Source: the human T2T-CHM13v2.0 reference genome, Homo sapiens. Taken from it: a DNA stretch of 64,000 nt. Below are positions 48,801 to 63,636 of this stretch, one piece after another; within the stretch, counting starts at the first letter, position 1, and every line of letters begins with the position of its first letter. A model generated the notes under the pieces. That model saw only the letters and a list, made by a program, of their open reading frames with translations. It was not told the DNA's origin and did not search any database. The stretch lies in assembly GCF_009914755.1 (NCBI RefSeq), contig NC_060925.1; one strand, 5' to 3'. Both the position numbers and the translations under genes were made by a program.

Positions 48801-51800
48801 ATAACATGTACAGTTAGAAATTTTAATATATTAGGATAATAGGAATCCGCTATAAACCCTCTGATGAAGGGCTTATATTCCTGCCAAACGCCTCTGGACA
48901 ATCCCTGCATATATAAAAGTGTGTGTTGTTTTGTTATATTGGTATTTCTTATTTATGGCTCAAGTTATACCATTAATTTTAAGCCTCAGAACTGAAGCAA
49001 AATAAAGGAGATTTTGAAAATAACTAATCAAAATATTATGAAAGTAATCCAAAGACATTATTCTAATGTGCGTAGTTGCATGCAAATACATAAAACAATA
49101 TTTTAAAACTATAGCACAAATTTGCAAGCCTCTTTCCTACAGCAGGGTTTTTCTCCACAGTCAAGGAGGAATGTCAAAGAATTTGTGATCATATTTTCAA
49201 ACCACCATACCAACTGACTGCTTGATTTCTTTGCTTGGATATCTGAGGACCCTGCAAAACTCAACAAGTCCAAAATTGAACTTAACATTTTTTTTTGTCC
49301 TCATGATTCTCTTTCTTGTACTATGTATCCTTTATTCAATCAGCCATTTAATGGTATTACCATCCACTTTGTCACTTAGGTCAGAAATCTTGAATGATGC
49401 TTGATTACTTTTTCCTCCTCAACTTCTCCTCCCACCACACATCCTATCGATTCAATCAAAAAGTCTTCTTTATTTTGCTTAATAAGTACATTTTTAATCC
49501 ATCCTTTTTTCTTTTTTTTTACTATCACTATTTTAATTCAGATCCTCATAATACTTCTTCTAATCCATTTTAATAACCTCATAACTGCCCTTTTTTGTCC
49601 TCAGCATTTTGAAATTTTCCAACTGTAGACTGAGAGATATATTCAAGGTGCAAATAAGGCCGTATTATTCCCCAGTCTAAAACCTTTCTCTGATATACTG
49701 TCACCCATAAGAAAAAGTCTCAGCTTGATATCATAACACACAGAGACTTTATTGTCTTGTGTACTTCTTGCCTCTTGAACCTCATATCCTCTTACTCCTG
49801 TTACATGGGCAACCCCACATGCCACAACCATCATCATATTCGCTAGATCACCAACATTCACTCAGTGTTCACTCTTTGCCATGCTTGTTCTAAATACTTC
49901 ACATATATTAACTCATCAAATCCACATAATAACCCTGTGAGGCCGTGTCACTTCACATAATAGGGATAGTATAAAACTGCTCATTCATCCTTACATATGT
50001 CATGTTATTTCATGTTTCCAAGACTTTTACATGGCAGTCCAATCTGCCTTTATGTCCTCTCTGTCCTCTCCATGTCACCCCATTCTTTAAATTTCTGATT
50101 GCCACTTGGTCTTCAAGACTTAGTTTATGGAAGTCTCCTAGTCTTATTGAATATTTCTAGAAAGTCTTCCCTGACATTCCAGCCTAGCACATACATCCTT
50201 TCTTTATATTTTATTTTGTTATGTGCACATCTCTTTCTCTGTGTTTACCACTTTATACTGAAACACTCTCTTCTCTTACGAAATTGTAAACTTCTTGAGA
50301 GCAAGCATTTGGGCCTTTAATTCATTGTCTTCCAAAAATTTGAATTCAGTGGATGACTCCTAATAGATATTCATGCTTGTTGAAATCAGTAAGAGAGACA
50401 GGAAGAAAATATTTTAGACAACATTCTTTTCCATGTTCTGCTACATGGCATCTGGTGAGTTGATATTCTAAGAAATACTAACTGTCACTTTTCTGTTGTC
50501 TCTGTAACTATTTCTGTAAATATCATAGGTTCCTTATTAACTGCACAGTCCTAATATTCAAATAAACAGGCAAAATATTTTAAAATATGTTCTAAAGCTC
50601 CTCTTTCCATGCATTGGAACTGCAAAAATTTTCTTCTGGTTGGAATGCTTTTCTCCTACCTTTTTGCTTAATGAGTTTGTCCTCATCTTTCAAGTTGAGC
50701 TTAAAAGACAGTCTCAACTATCCTGACTCTTCCAGACTGTTGTAAGATTCACCATTATACACATTCACATCATGTACCTTTTCTTCCTAGAGCTTGGCTA
50801 AATAAAATTTGAGTGAAATTATATTTATATAATTTTTTCCACTAGATAGCATTGAATATAAAAGTAAATAATATTTCTTTTTCAACCCTCTCACTCATAC
50901 CTAGTATCATTCATTCGTTCAACAAAAATGTATTGCCAACCTAATGTGTGACAGACACTGTGCTAGGAACAGTAAAACAGATAATACCTCCCTGATCTTA
51001 GGGAGTTTGCATTTTTAACTTGAAGACACAGGCTGCAAGCAAGAAAGCAAATAGAAAATATGGGTTAACAATAAGTACTATGAATAAAATAAGAAGGAAA
51101 TGCAATGGTGAACACAAAATTCAAGGATACTATCTAAAATTGAGTAATCATGGAAGGGGAAGGTCTCTCTGGGAAGGTGTTATTGGAGCTGGCCCCTCAT
51201 AGGTGCACAATGAATATTTGAGGAAGAAAAGGAAAGAGAAAGGAAAGCAGAATGAGAAAAAGAGAAAAAGGAAGGATAGCTAAATAATTTAGTTTGGATA
51301 TAAAAATATCTTGGCAAAAGCATTCATGCCTGTGGATTCTTCTCTTAAGGTAAAGGACCAGTGACATCCTTACTGGGGCCTGCTGATTAAGGAACAAGAA
51401 TAATGGGTCAAAGGGGATGTGAGTTCCCTCTCTGTGATATAAAATTAGGACATCTTTCATATTTAAGTGATGAGAAGATGTAGCAAGCCAGAAATTTTTG
51501 TCGCCTCTGATCTAATAATGAACAGTGTATGGGACCAGGGTGGTCAGGAGGAAGGTGAGCCATTGAAGGGCAATTGTCCAAAGCCACCCTCTGATTCCAC
51601 TTTTCAATGCTTCTGGAAAGTGAGTTTTTAACATAATGGGAAGGGGATATATTAAAATATTGAACAAAGCCTAATATTTATCATTACTGTGAAAGTTTCA
51701 TTATTTGGGCCAGGTATAAAGTAAGGCCTAGTCTGTTCCTTTGATGACCTGAGCATGTGAGACATGAGGTCAATGAGAATTCCTTCTGTAACTGAGACTA

Positions 51801-53384
51801 AATCTCCATGTTCTCTATACAGCCGTGAACCCAAAGGGTCTCTGAGTCACCAAATCATGGAGATCTTAGTACTGGTGTCATTTACCACTAATCTCCAGAT
51901 CTAGTTCTTAAAATATTCTCAGAGCAAGAGATTAGAATCAGCTTTCATTGTTTTTAAGTTAAAATTGTGGGGGACAGAGAGACAACCTTATAGGGAGATA
52001 AATTGTACTTCCCTTCTTGAATAATTATAAAGCATCTATTGTATATATGACTATGATGTAGATATTAAACTGTCTTTGTAACAGTCTCTTGGATTGACTT
52101 GTCATCTTAAACAAAACCTAGGTTTTAAAATAACTATTAAGAAAGTTGAAAGCAAAGAGGATTTAACAGGGGGAGAAATCACACCAAATATAAGAAGTAA
52201 AGGAACACAAATAGACAAATTAAAGGGAAAGCACTGAATTTGGAGAATACACACAGGACTGAAAGAGTGAGGAGCAGGAAATGAAAGAGATTTCAAGCTG
52301 GGAGAAGAATCACATTTGCCAAAACCCTCAGGTGCTCCAGTGAATAATACTCTAAAAGTGCAGATCATCATTAGAGTTGCATTAGGCTAATAACATAGCG
52401 ACCTTCTATTTTGGTAAAATGCTTGGGTGTAGATAGTAAATTCTTAAATATAGGAAAACATTTTATTTAATTAGTGGAAGTTTGATTATCTCTGGAGGTA
52501 TTCCATTAGTGTGCCTTGGTTATCTGGGTGTATCCATTATCAGGAGTTTGGCTTAACAAGTCCATTTAGTGAGCTCCATTAAGGTTTATTTTTCTGCCTA
52601 ACTCCTTGTGGCCAAGTGTCCAGGAGCTGGGCTTTAGTGGGTTTCGGGTTTCTTTCCATGTACTTTAGTGGCTTGTCAGAGCAGTTGTAGTCATGGAAAA
52701 TTTCCCATACGTGGGTGCCTTAGCCCACAGTTAGCATGAGGGGGGAAATCAGGCAGAGATGCCTTCCAGAGCTGAGGGGGCCTCTTGGCATTTTCCTGGC
52801 AGCCTCATGCTTATCATCAGCCAGAACCCAGGCACTCATTAGGCTCTTGATGAAAAGCATCCCAAAGAAAATGCCAGCAAATTGTGCCACTGTGCTGGCA
52901 GGAAATGAAAACTGCTCAGAGCAAGTGGAGCCAAGAGAGCTGTTGAAATGAAAGGTAACATCAAGGGTGTGATCACTAACTCACACAGGCGCTCAGGATT
53001 CAGGATGCAACTTTCTGCTTCACTGGGGAAAGCATGAGGCCCTCTCATCTGTCAGCCGATGTCAATTCTATATAGGGGCTGAGATAGACTGGAAGGTGGG
53101 CTCTGTGAATTAAGCTTTGTTGTGCTTGGGTAAATGTAGGGGTTTGGGTTGTTTTTATTCCCCCAAGAAGTGTCTCCTAGGAAAAACAGAAATAAGAAAA
53201 AGTTTTTGTTTTTGTGTTTTTCCTGGGCCCAAACACTTGAAGACCAAATTAAGTAAAAGGAAGATTCCAAAAGCACTATAGGTCCTATTAATGTGGGATT
53301 AGACAGTGTGAAGGGAGGAAAAAATAAATAAAAAATAAAAAAATAACCTTAGAATCTGTGACTCTAGCAAGGAACAGATGAGGG

Positions 53385-53714
<330 letters not shown>

Positions 53715-53866
53715 AAATTTTAATTCCAAAGGAATTTTTGGTCTTTAGTACTACTTTTATCCTGAGGTTAAAATGGCCACCAAAGCTAGAAAAGAAAATG
53801 CTCAACAGCAGGCAGCACCAACACACAAGCAAGGCACAAGCACACTGAAATATTCATGAAACTGGA

Positions 53867-54429
53867 TGTGGTAGGTAGAGTAATGCCCCCTCAAAGATGT
53901 TCAGTTCCTGTTCACTGGAACTGTAAGCAGGCTGCCTTACATGGGGAAGAATCAAGGAGGTAGAGTAATGCCCCCCGCCACCCCCAAAGATGTTCAGGTC
54001 CTGTTTGTTGGAACTGTAAGTAGGCTGCCTTACATGGGGAAGAATCAAGGTTGTTATTTAGCTGACTTTAAGAGATAGATTATCCTGGATTATCCCAGTG
54101 GGCTCATTGTAATATGGAAAAGGGGGGCAGAAGCAGAGGTCAGAGCAATATGATATGAGGACTAAGCCAACCATTGCTGGCTTTGAAGCAATAGGAAGGG
54201 GGCTACAAGCCAAGGAATGTGGGTGGCCTATAAAACTTGGAAAAGTCAAGGAAACCAATTATCTCCTAAGGCCTCTAGAAAGAAATGCAGTCCTGCTGAC
54301 ACCTTGATTTCAGCTCAGAGAAAACCATGTTGAACTTTTGACCTCCAGAATTATAAGATAATAAATTTGTATTGCTCAAGTCACTATGTTTGTCATAACT
54401 AGCAATAGCAGCAATAGAAAATGAATACA
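53867..54429 (+). mobile_element. MLT1D-like LTR with an internal tandem duplication
   Basis: tgtggtagg...gattatcctggattatcc...agccaaggaatgtgggtggcc...aatgaataca. Confidence 0.8.
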
Positions 54430-56641
54430 CTGGTATTTAGAAGATTCGTCTGAAATTCCAAAAAGGAGTTTCCAAGTTCACCTACAATTCTTGGGGCAAA
54501 AAGTAAAGTGTAAAAGCAGTGACAAGACCCAAAATGCACACTGATGTGTTAGAACTGTAAGGCATATTACATACATCATCTTAGTTAATCTTTACAACAA
54601 TCTTACAAGGGTGGATTATCGTTTCTAACCTGTAGATGACGATCTTTTTAAAAAGTAAAACAGATCATATCCTTTAACTAATTAAAATGCTTCAGGGGCT
54701 CCCCATCTCGCCTACCCTACACGAATATCTCATCTCCTTATCCTCACCTGTAAAGCTCTACATCAGTCGCAGTCAAAGTGCAGATTGCTGATGAGCATCA
54801 CCTGGGACCTTGTTAGAAACACAACACTCAGCCCCTACTACAGACTTTTTCAATTGTGATCTATTGGGACAGGGCTTGGGAATCTGTTTGAACTTGCACT
54901 TCAAGTGATTCTTATACATAGTAAAAAAATTTGAGAAGCACTACTCCACATGAAGTACACTTGCCTACCTCTCCAACCAAATCTGATACCACTCTCATCC
55001 TTGCTTGTGTAGCCACACTGGCCTTTTTTCATTCTCTAAACATGTTATGTTTGCTCCCATCTTGGGACTACTACATTATCTATTCTCTCTGCCTATTAGG
55101 TGCTTCCCCTAGAAATTAGTTTGTTGGCTAATGTCCTTAAATTAGTCTTAAGGTTTCCCTGATCGTGAGCTCACTGCAGTCCAAAGAAAGAATGCCAATG
55201 GGACTGCCCCCCACGTTATTTCATTATAACTTATTCCTATGATTTGAGAAAATTAGAGATCCACCAGTCATGAATAGAAAGCTGGAGATGATAAGAAAAT
55301 AGACACTAGTTTTTAACTATGTAGATTTAAGTTTTGCTACCAGTTTTAGCAATTGTAATCACAATGCTTTTTTTTTTTTTCCTCGAAGAATCTTAGCCTT
55401 GTTACCTTTGGAAAAGCTTTTCGTGTTTGTAAATACCATGATTTTTCCACCTCATGATCTTGAATGCACTGTTCATTTAAAGTTTTTGCGGAAGGGAAGA
55501 TTTGAAAGGCAAGCAAATCTCAGCATATACTCTCTACATAAGCTAGATGTATGCTTAACCCATGTTAACTACAGATCCTTTGTGATGGATAAGTATTTAT
55601 GCTTTTTCAATTCCTTAAATTTACCAGTTTTACAATAAGCTCTGTTGTATTTCACAAATCCTATGGCAACATCTTTAAGGTTGGCTGTTTTTCTCTTTTG
55701 TAAATTAGCTTCATAGATTATTTTTATAGTGAATGCATTAAAATAGTATTGAAGTTTAATTTTATTGAAAAACATTGCATTACTCAGAGGATCATTTGGC
55801 ATTTTTTATCCTTCACAATCATAAGCCCCTAGTGTAACTAGTAAACACTAGATTGTTGGTGGTGTTATAATAGAAAAGTATTTCTCATATAGCACTTCAG
55901 GGTGGGCATTTCTGGTCAGTGGATGGCTTTCTTCCAACCCTCAGAGCTTCAGAGCCTTCTGCATCTAGCCAGCAAATGGGAAGAGTAGAGAAGGCTCACC
56001 TGTTTCTTAAGGCACAGACCTGGAAGTTACTTCACTTTTGCTCATATTCCCTTCATGAAAATATGTCGCAAGGCCACAGTTGGATGCAAGGTACATAGGA
56101 AAATGTCACTGGGTGGGCAGCCATTCCCAGTGACAAAATCACCCTGTGAAAGAGGAGTACAAATATTGGCAGGCAGCCAGCTGTCTCTAAAAACCTATGT
56201 AAATTATCTTAGTGCTGCATAATACTACAATACTGAATCAAATGTACGCTCAATCACAGCAAATACATCTCTCTTTCCTGATTACTGTATGTACTTTTTG
56301 CCCTTTTAATAGTGCCCTTATTATATATTCCCATAGTACTTAGTATTGCCTTATTTAGAAATCCTCATCATTTTTCTGATTATTTGTTCAACTACATTGT
56401 AAGCTTCTTAAGGGTAAGACCATAGTCACTTTGTTCACTGCATCACCAGTACCCATTCCCAGTAGAGTGCCTGACATAGTGCTTCGCATGTGGTAGTCTT
56501 AAGAAATCATTTTGAACCAAAGAATGAATGAACTAAATTTCTATTGCAATACATTACCTCTTATGATTTGTCCTATGTTGTAAGCTACTTCCAATAATTT
56601 TTGGATTTGAGAGTAGACTGAATAACTTAAACAAAATTTAG

Positions 56642-56851
<210 letters not shown>

Positions 56852-57324
56852 TAGGGAGGAGGGCATAGCCTATGTCAGATTAGATTTATTTTAAGTAACC
56901 TTATGTCTGGGAGAGGCTGAACATAAAGAAGCCTCCATTTCAGCTATTTTCTAACTCACCAATCTGCAGCTCCTCCAAGTTTAACATTTCCCAGACTGGA
57001 TGTTTATGAGGCTTGTGCATGACTAGGAAGGCCTGGATAAGCTGAGAGCAGTCATTTTCCATTTCAGTAATCTATTACTGAATACTCATATCCAGAGACA
57101 AATTAAATCTGCTAGAGTCTGCTACAACTTGGATTTTCTAAAAAATCTTTTTATGCACTTTCTAAATAAACACTTGCAGTACAATTTCAGTATCCAGAGA
57201 AAGATTTGGGCCTGAAGCGATAGTTTTACTTCGTTTCGTCACCTGCTTATTTTTATAATGTTGAACTTTTATGTAGAAAAAAATGATCGCTACTTTCAAC
57301 TCTATTATATAATTTAATTTCTAG

Positions 57325-57381
57325 ATGGCTCCTATGTGTCTGTTCCATCACCCTTGGGGAAGATTAAAAGCATGACAAAAG
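57325..57381 (+). CDS. TNNI3K: TNNI3K coding exon 13 (57 nt, phase 1-1, linker)
   Basis: tttctag|AT...AAA G|gtacct; (D)GSYVSVPSPLGKIKSMTK. Confidence 0.93.
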
Positions 57382-58073
57382 GTACCTATAATCTGGGACA
57401 ATTGTTATATTTAATTACTAAGGATAACTATTGCTTCAAATGTAATTTTCAATTTTGTTTTACATATTACAAATGATGACTATTTTACAAGCACAACAAA
57501 TATTATTGACAGACCGTTCTTTTCATAATTAACCTTACCCTTTATCTCCTTTCAGTGCATAAAGATATAATAACAGTGAAAATTTCACATAACTATTAAA
57601 GAAAAATCAAATTCTCACTGGACTGTTTAGATGTTTCTGTTTTTTATAAAAATGAATTATAAATATTAATATTTCTTTAAGGAGAATTGGGACTAGAAAA
57701 CATATGTGAAAAAATATATATTATTTTTCAAAATATCCCCAATAAGTAATACTTTGGGACCATTTTTGAATGTATGCTTCACACAGAAATGAATAACATT
57801 GGACCAGGAAAGTAAAAACTTTGATTCAAATGTAAATATATATTTAACTATTTGGAATTTAAATTCCAAATAGTTTCCTTAGAATGTAGAATGAGTGTTT
57901 CCTTAGAATGATTCATACGCTTATTTCCTGTCATTTAATTGGCATCCCTTTGAGGTTAGTTTATGGATATTTGGCTAAGCCTATTGGAATAGACTGAAGA
58001 GAGTTACCAGATCAGAACCTTTATCATAATGTGATACGGACTGGACTCCAGGGTTGCCATGTCATGCAGGAAT

Positions 58074-58221
58074 AGATCAGGAATAGACCTTCAGCCCTGC
58101 TAACAAGGAGTGAGTAGATCAGGAATAGACCCTTAGCGCTGGTAACCAGATCAGGAATAGACCCTTAGCCCTGGTAACCAGATCAGGAATAGACCCTTAG
58201 CCCTGGTAACAAGGAGTGAGT
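58074..58221 (+). repeat. Minisatellite, 4 units (42, 32, 32, 42 bp)
   Basis: Unit agatcaggaatagacccttagccctggtaac(c/aaggagtgagt). Confidence 0.95.
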
Positions 58222-58422
58222 AATCAAGACATAGAACTAACATGATTTTAATGCAGGGGGGTAGGGATCATTTGGGTTAAGGTTTTAGCATCTTTAAGTA
58301 GTCAATTACAGTTGGAAAATTAAAAATTAAATGTTATTAGGAAATTATGTTTTTAGTTAAATATATATATGCACATGTATACACATCCATGTGTGTGGTT
58401 TTTACCTTAAAAAATAAAATGA

Positions 58423-58542
<120 letters not shown>

Positions 58543-58623
58543 TAAATAAATAAATAAAGGTCCGGTTTAGTTGAATGAGCTTAAGTTAATATGTGTTTAT
58601 TTATTTATTTTAAACAATTGTAG

Positions 58624-58681
58624 GTTCTTTTGGGAAAGTATATAAAGGACGATGCAGAAATAAAATAGTGGCTATAAAACG
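58624..58681 (+). CDS. TNNI3K: TNNI3K coding exon 15 (58 nt; glycine loop and VAIK lysine)
   Basis: ttgtag|GT...CG|gtaagc; (G)SFGKVYKGRCRNKIVAIK(R). Confidence 0.96.
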
Positions 58682-58781
58682 GTAAGCAAGCAAATGAAAA
58701 AATTTAACATCCAGGTGGAATTGTGACCTTTGAGAAGCATGTGCATGGCAAGCCCCTTGTTTGGATCCATCTGTTTACTGA

Positions 58782-59105
<324 letters not shown>

Positions 59106-59704
59106 TGAGTGCTGCTAGCAAGTGTGTCATTTTTAATATCGCTAATAATTTATGCCTAATAACTGTGTTTCAATGAATAGAAATACTTTATGCTTTCTTA
59201 GCAGAAATTCAGTTGAAGATAACAAATTTAAGGAATTTAAATTGGAAACTGGAGCTTAAAATAATTAGGCTAAATTTGAAATACTGATAAAGAAGATATA
59301 TGTAAGCTCAGAATAAAATAAACTTTTAAAAAAGTGATCTTGAACAAATCCAATGTGAATTCACTTTCTGAGTTTATGCATATAGTAATTAGAATGTAGT
59401 TTCATACAGTGATTAAAATAGATTTCATTTTACAATATTACAAAGAAATTAAGTATAGTATTATAAATAAATTATAAAACCAAGTATAATATCTTAAACA
59501 AGAGATGCTGTATATCTTAACTGATTCATAATTAAGCATTTTCTGATGTAGGAAAGCTATTCAGATTTGTTGAATTTCTAGCTTAACCTTCAAGAAACAA
59601 AAAATGGTTAAGATGATATAAAATAACAACTCTTACACATCATTTGCTTTTTTGATATTCGTTTTGACCATTTCATCTCTGTTAAATCTATTTTTAAATT
59701 CTAG

Positions 59705-59809
59705 GATTCTTGATTTGCAGTCTAAATTAATTATTGCAGTAGATGTTGCCAAAGGCATGGAGTACCTTCACAACCTGACACAGCCAATTATACATCGTGA
59801 CTTGAACAG
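59705..59809 (+). CDS. TNNI3K: TNNI3K coding exon 17 (105 nt; catalytic loop HRDLN)
   Basis: ttctag|G ATT...AAC AG|gtattt; [34 protein letters not shown](S). Confidence 0.96.
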
Positions 59810-61381
59810 GTATTTTTTTCCTAAATAATGAACTCAGAAGGGTATGACTAACTGGGAGTTTAAGACAGATTTCAGTGAAGATACATTTTAGACTTATTGC
59901 AGATCAGGGTACTCTGTGGTTAAGAGGACAGGCTACCATAAGCTTAGGCGATAGAAAGTTTTGTCATTGTCTTTTAAGGAGTAGAAAGCTGTATAACTGC
60001 TTCTCAGGGATCTTTTAAATCTATGAAGAATATTCACAAATATAGTAATATCTGTAAGATGCACCAGCTAACTAGTTCCCAGGTCAGTAAGGTCACATCA
60101 AGCAGTGAGCTAAATGGCTATTAAAAAAATGATATGTCTCCTATAAAGTGAAGTGTTGGAGTAGCTCCTGATATAAAATTATCTGAAACGTACTTTGTGC
60201 TACCGTAAATTCAGCTTAACCACAACAGCTTATTTACCTAGTTATCAGGTAAAGAGGATTTCATGTGAAACAAATATAAAATCAGAGTGTTCCAGTGGTG
60301 GAACCCCAAGTGACCTCAAAACTTTTCCTAAATAGTGAAAACTTTCTCTGAGTAAAGTCTTATAGGAAAGGCCAATATACAAAATGGAGCAGTGTTGGGT
60401 GAAGGTAAAGTGGGGAGGAGAAAACTCTATTTACTTCCCATTTCCCACTGCTAAGGAGAGAGATTCCTGCACCACCTCTGTGGAAGCCCAAAGGTGCTGT
60501 AGAGAATAGTTGGACAAACACTGATTTAGTTTATGAAGCAAGTCAGATTATTCCACATCAATCACTTTCATTTTATGATAGTCAATAAGATTCAAATAGA
60601 TTGTGTATATAGTCCTTTATAGAAGCTTTACAGTTCTGAAGCTAGTAAGTATTGATTACTCTAGTCAGTCATTTGGTCAACAACTATGTTTGAACATATA
60701 TGTTTAAAGTCTATTTTCAGCACAGTAGAGCTTACAAAGTGGGACGTTCATAGACTACATTCAGGGAGTTTTCACACTCTATGTAGAGGAGAAAAATATT
60801 TACCTAAATGTATTTGAGGTATAAAATAATAAGTTATATACAAGATTTAGTACAAAAATTTCAGGAACAAGAATATTAATTGCTTCTGAGGATTCTAACA
60901 ACAACTCTATGGAAGGGATGACATATGAGCTTGGTCCTGAAAGATGGGTAGAGTTTGGAAGAGCATCCTATAGGCTTAGGGAAGACATAATAAAATGCAT
61001 AGAGATTAGAAAGTTAAAGGTATATATAGGAACTATAGTTTCATTTTAGTATACAAAGTGTATAAATGTATGTAATGTGTATAATGTAAGAAGTGGACAA
61101 CTGGAAAAAGGTATAGAAAAATAGAAAAAGAGCACAGACACCAGTGAATGCTATTACTAAGGTATTTCAGATTTTTTTTCCTGTAAGGAGACCATAAAGA
61201 GGTTTGAGCTGAAAATCACAAATTTGGAGCTATATTATTGAAAGATGAATCCAGCATCTGGTAAAATATCAACTTGAAGGGAAAGTCAAGAAACTAGTGA
61301 GGGAGTTGTTGCAGTAATCTAGATAAGAAGTAACGAAAAGCAGAATTTCACCGGTGGCAGTGGATATGAAAGGAAGAGACA

Positions 61382-61789
61382 TGTCAACTTTAAATAACAA
61401 AATACAGAGTTTATTCAAGCTCAAAGCTTGAGGATCATTACCCATGAGCATGGACTCAAGTTGTCCTGAATACATACTCCAATTAGCAGTGGTTACAAGA
61501 TAGTTTTTAAGAAAAAAAAAAAAAAGCAGTTTTTAAGTTGTTTACAAAGAATTTACATAAATAATATAAACTATTGATTGGTTGTACCTTGTTCTTTAAT
61601 CAAAAATTATAGGAACATAAAGATAATGGGTAACACAGCTAGTCAGGAACAAAATACCTTTACACTATTGCCCCAGGGAAATGGAGATTGGAGAGATGAC
61701 TAAAGTCCCATGCTCATGTCTCTCTGGGCCTGATAAATTTTGTGTTGCTCATGCAGCTCAGACTGCCCTCAGCTATTTTTCTCTTCTCA
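61382..61789 (-). mobile_element. ERV1-type solo LTR (MER4/MER57 group)
   Basis: TG...CA termini, gagtttatt...aaagcttgagga motif, 4-bp TSD-like gaca/gata. Confidence 0.6.
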
Positions 61790-63295
61790 GATAGATATGA
61801 AAGATAGGAGAGATAAATCAGATACGTGAGTGGTAGAATCTTAAATATTGAAAGTAAATGTAAATAAGTCTCAATCTATTTATAATTATTTACTAGTTTT
61901 CACATAAAAGTCATTTCTTAATTTTTAGCTATTAGTTCTTTACCTTTCTTAATTTCAAACCAAACATTTACGTTAACAAACATTTAACTATTTCAGACAC
62001 AGATTTAGATGATAAATTAGCATAATATAAACCGATGATTTTGAGTTTTAAGAGTATTATCTTTCCATCCCAAACATTTTTGCACATGGTATTAAAACAA
62101 ATGAGTAATCATTGCAATAAGTAATCATTGCAAGTTTTCTCTAGCTGTAACTCTTCATTTGTGGGGCCATTATATATTCTGTTGCCCTGAGTTATGTGCA
62201 AGTTGTTACCACCAGTTGTCAGGCAGGACCAAAAATATAAATGTTGATTAAAATAAAAACAGAACATTTACTATATAGCTGATATAAGTTTATATCTACA
62301 ATTTTTGCTGCCTCTAATCTAACCTAAATGCTTAATTGCATCAAAAAGTTTTTAAATCTTATGAAACACCATTTTGTAGGTGCCTTCATTATGACAGAGT
62401 CCCAAACTATTGTATCAATTATTTGTAGACTATTTTCTATCAATCTTTAATCTGGTAGCAACAGCAAAACATTGTTTTTCAGATGCATGCATATGTAGCA
62501 TTCTACATGGCTCAAAAGAGCCTGGGTCCTTTCCCTCAGAGAGCTTACTGCACTACTTGGCAAATAAGACATATGCCCAGAAAGCAACTAGAGTTCCACT
62601 TTATATAGAAAATAATTAAGGGTCAAAATGATGAAAGAGCAACTTTCAGAGGATTTCAAGTAAGTCAAAGATGAAAGTTGAGTAGAATGCTTCTTAGCCT
62701 ATGTGGAGCTAAACGTAGAGTTTGAAGAACAGGCATTAATCTTTTCTCAGGCTTTTCACAGCATACTAACCTCTGCTTTAGCATGGTACCTAGAAAGTCT
62801 CACTCAAAGAAGTAGAGAGAAAGATGCACATCAGAGACTGGGAAACTCATACACTTATTTGCATTTGTATTGACATGGTGTGTTTATATTTTTATATTCC
62901 CCATTAGCCTGGGCAAGTCAGGGTTTCAGGGGCAGAGACTGCTCTCTTCATCTCACATTTTCTGAACTAAGCATTGTGTCTTACACAGAGAAGATGTCTA
63001 ATTAATATTTTTTAACTGAACCAAATTATTGTGGATTTCTATGAGTGTCATTTCACGAAGCAATGACCTAATTGGTATAAGTATGACTACTTGTGTATAG
63101 CATCCAACTTGCCCAATAACTTTTATAATTTTAAAGGGAAAAGGATGTTTGAGCCCACGGGATGGGGCACTTTTATATTTGAGTTTGTGGTTGTTGCAAT
63201 TGTTTGAGTGAAAAAAAAGAACTCTACTTTTCCCATGGCAAGCAAAGCCAGCTGAGGGTTTGTACCATCCAGTTCTGAAAGTTAATTTTGATCTT

Positions 63296-63636
63296 CAGTA
63301 AATGTCCCTTGGCATCTGCAGGGGATTGGTTCCAGGACCTCTCATGGATACCAAAGTCTGAGAATGCTCAAGTCCCTGGTATTAATTGCTGTAGCATTTG
63401 CATATTTCCTATGCACATCCTCTCCTGTACTTTAAATCATTGAAAGAGTACCTATAATATCTAGTACAATGTAAATGCTCTGTAAATAGTTTTTGCACTA
63501 TATTGTCTAGGGAATAATGACAAAGGAAAAAGAGTCTATACATCTTCAGTACAGACACAATCTTTAAAAAAATTTTTTGATCCATGGTTAGTTGAATCCA
63601 CAGAAGTGAAACCTATGGATTTAGAGGGCCAACTAT
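63296..63636. mobile_element. MER2 (Tigger-family MITE)
   Basis: ggggattggttccaggacc...gctcaagtccct...gttgaatccacaga...gagggccaact. Confidence 0.8.

Noticed and set aside
58074-58221. CRISPR-like array
   Set aside because: The units are head-to-tail with no unique spacers, and the context is a eukaryotic intron
59688-59697. MEF2 consensus CTATTTTTAA
   Set aside because: It coincides with the exon 17 pyrimidine tract and is common by chance in AT-rich DNA
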